From assembly GCA_963833125.1 (NCBI GenBank), contig CAWHWX010000004.1:187249-251248 (forward strand): a stretch of 64,000 nt of DNA, written 5' to 3'. Below the pieces are notes generated by a model that was not told the DNA's origin, made no database searches, and was given only the letters and a program-made list of their open reading frames with translations. Below, in pieces: positions 62,184 through 64,000 of the stretch. The DNA is from Candidatus Bathyarchaeota archaeon (lineage in GTDB: Archaea; Thermoproteota; Bathyarchaeia; 40CM-2-53-6). The position numbers and the translations under genes are program-made. Every line of letters starts with the position of its first letter. Positions within the stretch are counted from its first letter, which is position 1.

Positions 62184-63808
62184 CTATTCTGGCGGTATCT
62201 CTTTGAATGCGATGTTGAGGTCGATTCCTTCACGTAATCTCCAGGCGCGGGCTGCGTAGTATATTAGAATTGAAATTATGAAAATACCGAAGGTGACCCC
62301 AATCGCTGACCCAATAAGCGGTCCCAAGTACATGTAGGTGATGATGGGAGAGAATTCGGCTCCAATCCAGATGAGCATGCTAACCAACTGAAGGATACCT
62401 CCCCATACGATTACAGGAACACCCAGCGGCTTAGCTCGCATCCACCTGGGCAGCGTGCCAATTGAAGACTCGTAAAGGTCCCGTTTGACATACGGAAATA
62501 TAATTGCAGCAATTGCGGTAATAGCCCATGCAAATGGTGTCGCCAGAGACAAACTGAGCCAAGAGGTAACGAATCCGTAGAAGTACAATACCACGACCCA
62601 GACCTCCGCAATGACCGTCATAACTAGTACTGAGTTTAGTGGCGAATGAAGTCGTTCGTTGACTTGTGCAAAGGATGCAGGAAGAACTCTATCAAACGAT
62701 TGAGCGAAGAAAATTCTGCTTGCGGCAAGCAACGTACTTGGAATCAGAAGGAACCCACCAACTATGGGGATTGAATTCAACAAAATTGCAAGGATGACGT
62801 TACCGTAGATTAAGGAGACAAGGAAGGTGACAAAAGGTGTCGCCGTCAGAGGCAACAGGGAAGGATTCGTTGCCCATAGATAAGATGCGCCTTGCAGGAA
62901 GGAGTCACCGAAGACAACTTCACACTGATACGCAAGCGCTACTAGGTAGATCCAGGTTATACCCATAGATAGTCCAAGCGCTAGTGCTTGGTTCTTCTTT
63001 GGATTCTTTATTTCGCTTCCCACATAGGTGCTGGATTGAAATCCGGTGAATGTCAGAAACCCCAACGGCACGAATGCGAGTAGTGTTTGTGCCATACTGA
63101 ATTGAAAGTTTCCATATTGACCTGCATTCGAAAGAACCTTCTCATAAGCTCCCGAACCAGCGATACTTTCCAGAGTTGCCACGAATGCTTGATGATTAGT
63201 TCCAAAGAGAGCCACCGCCAACGCTGCAGCGCTCACAAAGTAGAAGACGAAAATTATTCTAAACGACCACTGGAAAGCCTTCATGCCGAACAGAACTACG
63301 AGCGCTCCAACAATCATCATGAGTGTTGATAACCCGAACTCTATTGCAACCTGTGATGAGAGATAGGTTGCTGCAGCACCATAACTCGCAACGCCAGTCA
63401 CTGCTCCAAGAGATGTCAGCATGGAGGGAAAGCCCGTAAACACCATGTACCAAGCGTTAAACCCAGTCAAGGCAAAAATGAAGAACCCAAACACGTTCAA
63501 CATACCCGACGCGAAACCTAGTGCAGGATGAAGCGTCCTGGAGACATAGACGTAATCTCCTCCCGTCCTCGGAAAGGCAGAGGAGAAAATCGTATACACA
63601 ACGAAGATCCCGACGGCAGGGATTCCACCGAGAAGGAATACTAAGGTAAGGTTGGCACCTGGAAAGAAGAAGAGTTGGAGGACATCATACAGTCTCCCGC
63701 CATATTGACTACTGCCATGTTAAGTAGGAATGAATCATAGAATCCTAACGATCGCACAAGGCCCGTCGCATCTCTTACGAAAACGTGGGGTTTACTGCTT
63801 TGGCTCAT
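62184..63808 (-). CDS. APC family permease (archaeal type; frameshift near 63700)
   Basis: MSQSSKPHVFVRDATGLVRS start at 63808, FPRTGGDYVY, FAQSFDRVLP, EIPPE. Confidence 0.88.
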
Positions 63809-63942
63809 GGTCAGAATCGAATTAGCTCTAAGACGGTGAGCACATAAGACTATGGGTCAGTTACGATACTTTTTTAATACATGAAAAATTCGTAACACAC
63901 GCGTGCCCCGTTTCTCGAATTCGCCTTGGGGACATTCATTGT

Positions 63943-64000
63943 TTATTTTAAGCGTTTGAAGCTCCATGTTCCGATTCCAATCATGACGACTGCGAAGGCT
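63943..64000 (-). CDS. C-terminal end of a membrane protein, probably an ABC-2 permease (runs off the window)
   Basis: AFAVVMIGIGTWSFKRLK*. Confidence 0.5.
   Translation of the reverse strand, partial: AFAVVMIGIGTWSFKRLK

Noticed and set aside
974-63453. Numerous short ORFs antisense to or nested in recognised genes (e.g. 15200-15886, 46136-46564, 58972-59397)
   Set aside because: Shadow ORFs with no motifs, fully overlapping well-supported CDSs.
1-64000. CRISPR array, rRNA or tRNA genes
   Set aside because: No regularly spaced direct repeats, cas genes, cloverleaf or rRNA-like tract was recognised by eye. Intron-split tRNAs or small RNAs could have been missed.

Overview
Archaeal genomic window, most likely from a TACK lineage such as Bathyarchaeia or a Nitrososphaeria relative. 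This is inferred from UPF0147/UPF0148 genes, a long-form Hef, archaeal APC permeases, PEF-CTERM-like sorting tails and frequent TTG/GTG starts. About 65 CDSs; no rRNA, tRNA or CRISPR array was recognised. About 18 genes carry single-base frameshifts, most likely long-read assembly indels. Layout: (1) 0.3-13.8 kb, three ABC-2 exporters around a 1251-aa surface protein, a COG1361-type protein and a PadR regulator with a visible operator. (2) 13.8-30 kb, housekeeping and envelope genes (Hef, polyprenyl synthase, HtrA, ZIP, a GT4/HAD pair, zinc micro-proteins). (3) 31-37.4 kb, a mobile-element hotspot. Its centrepiece is a 3067-bp cargo-carrying element with one central SWIM-zinc-finger/DDE (IS6-like) transposase, bipartite 61-bp terminal inverted repeats and a perfect 8-bp palindromic target duplication (TTACGTAA). 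It also has a divergent small ORF behind twin palindromic operators, and a second element end directly abuts the same target. (4) 40.5-43.4 kb, heme o synthase, a Vgb-like propeller and a cupredoxin. (5) 46-64 kb, a catabolic island with three APC permeases, three enolase-superfamily dehydratases, a lactonase, an F420-dependent oxidoreductase, an isomerase and an frlA/frlB/frlD-like trio, suggesting use of Amadori or other sugar-amino acid conjugates. All calls come from reading motifs by eye; no database search was run.
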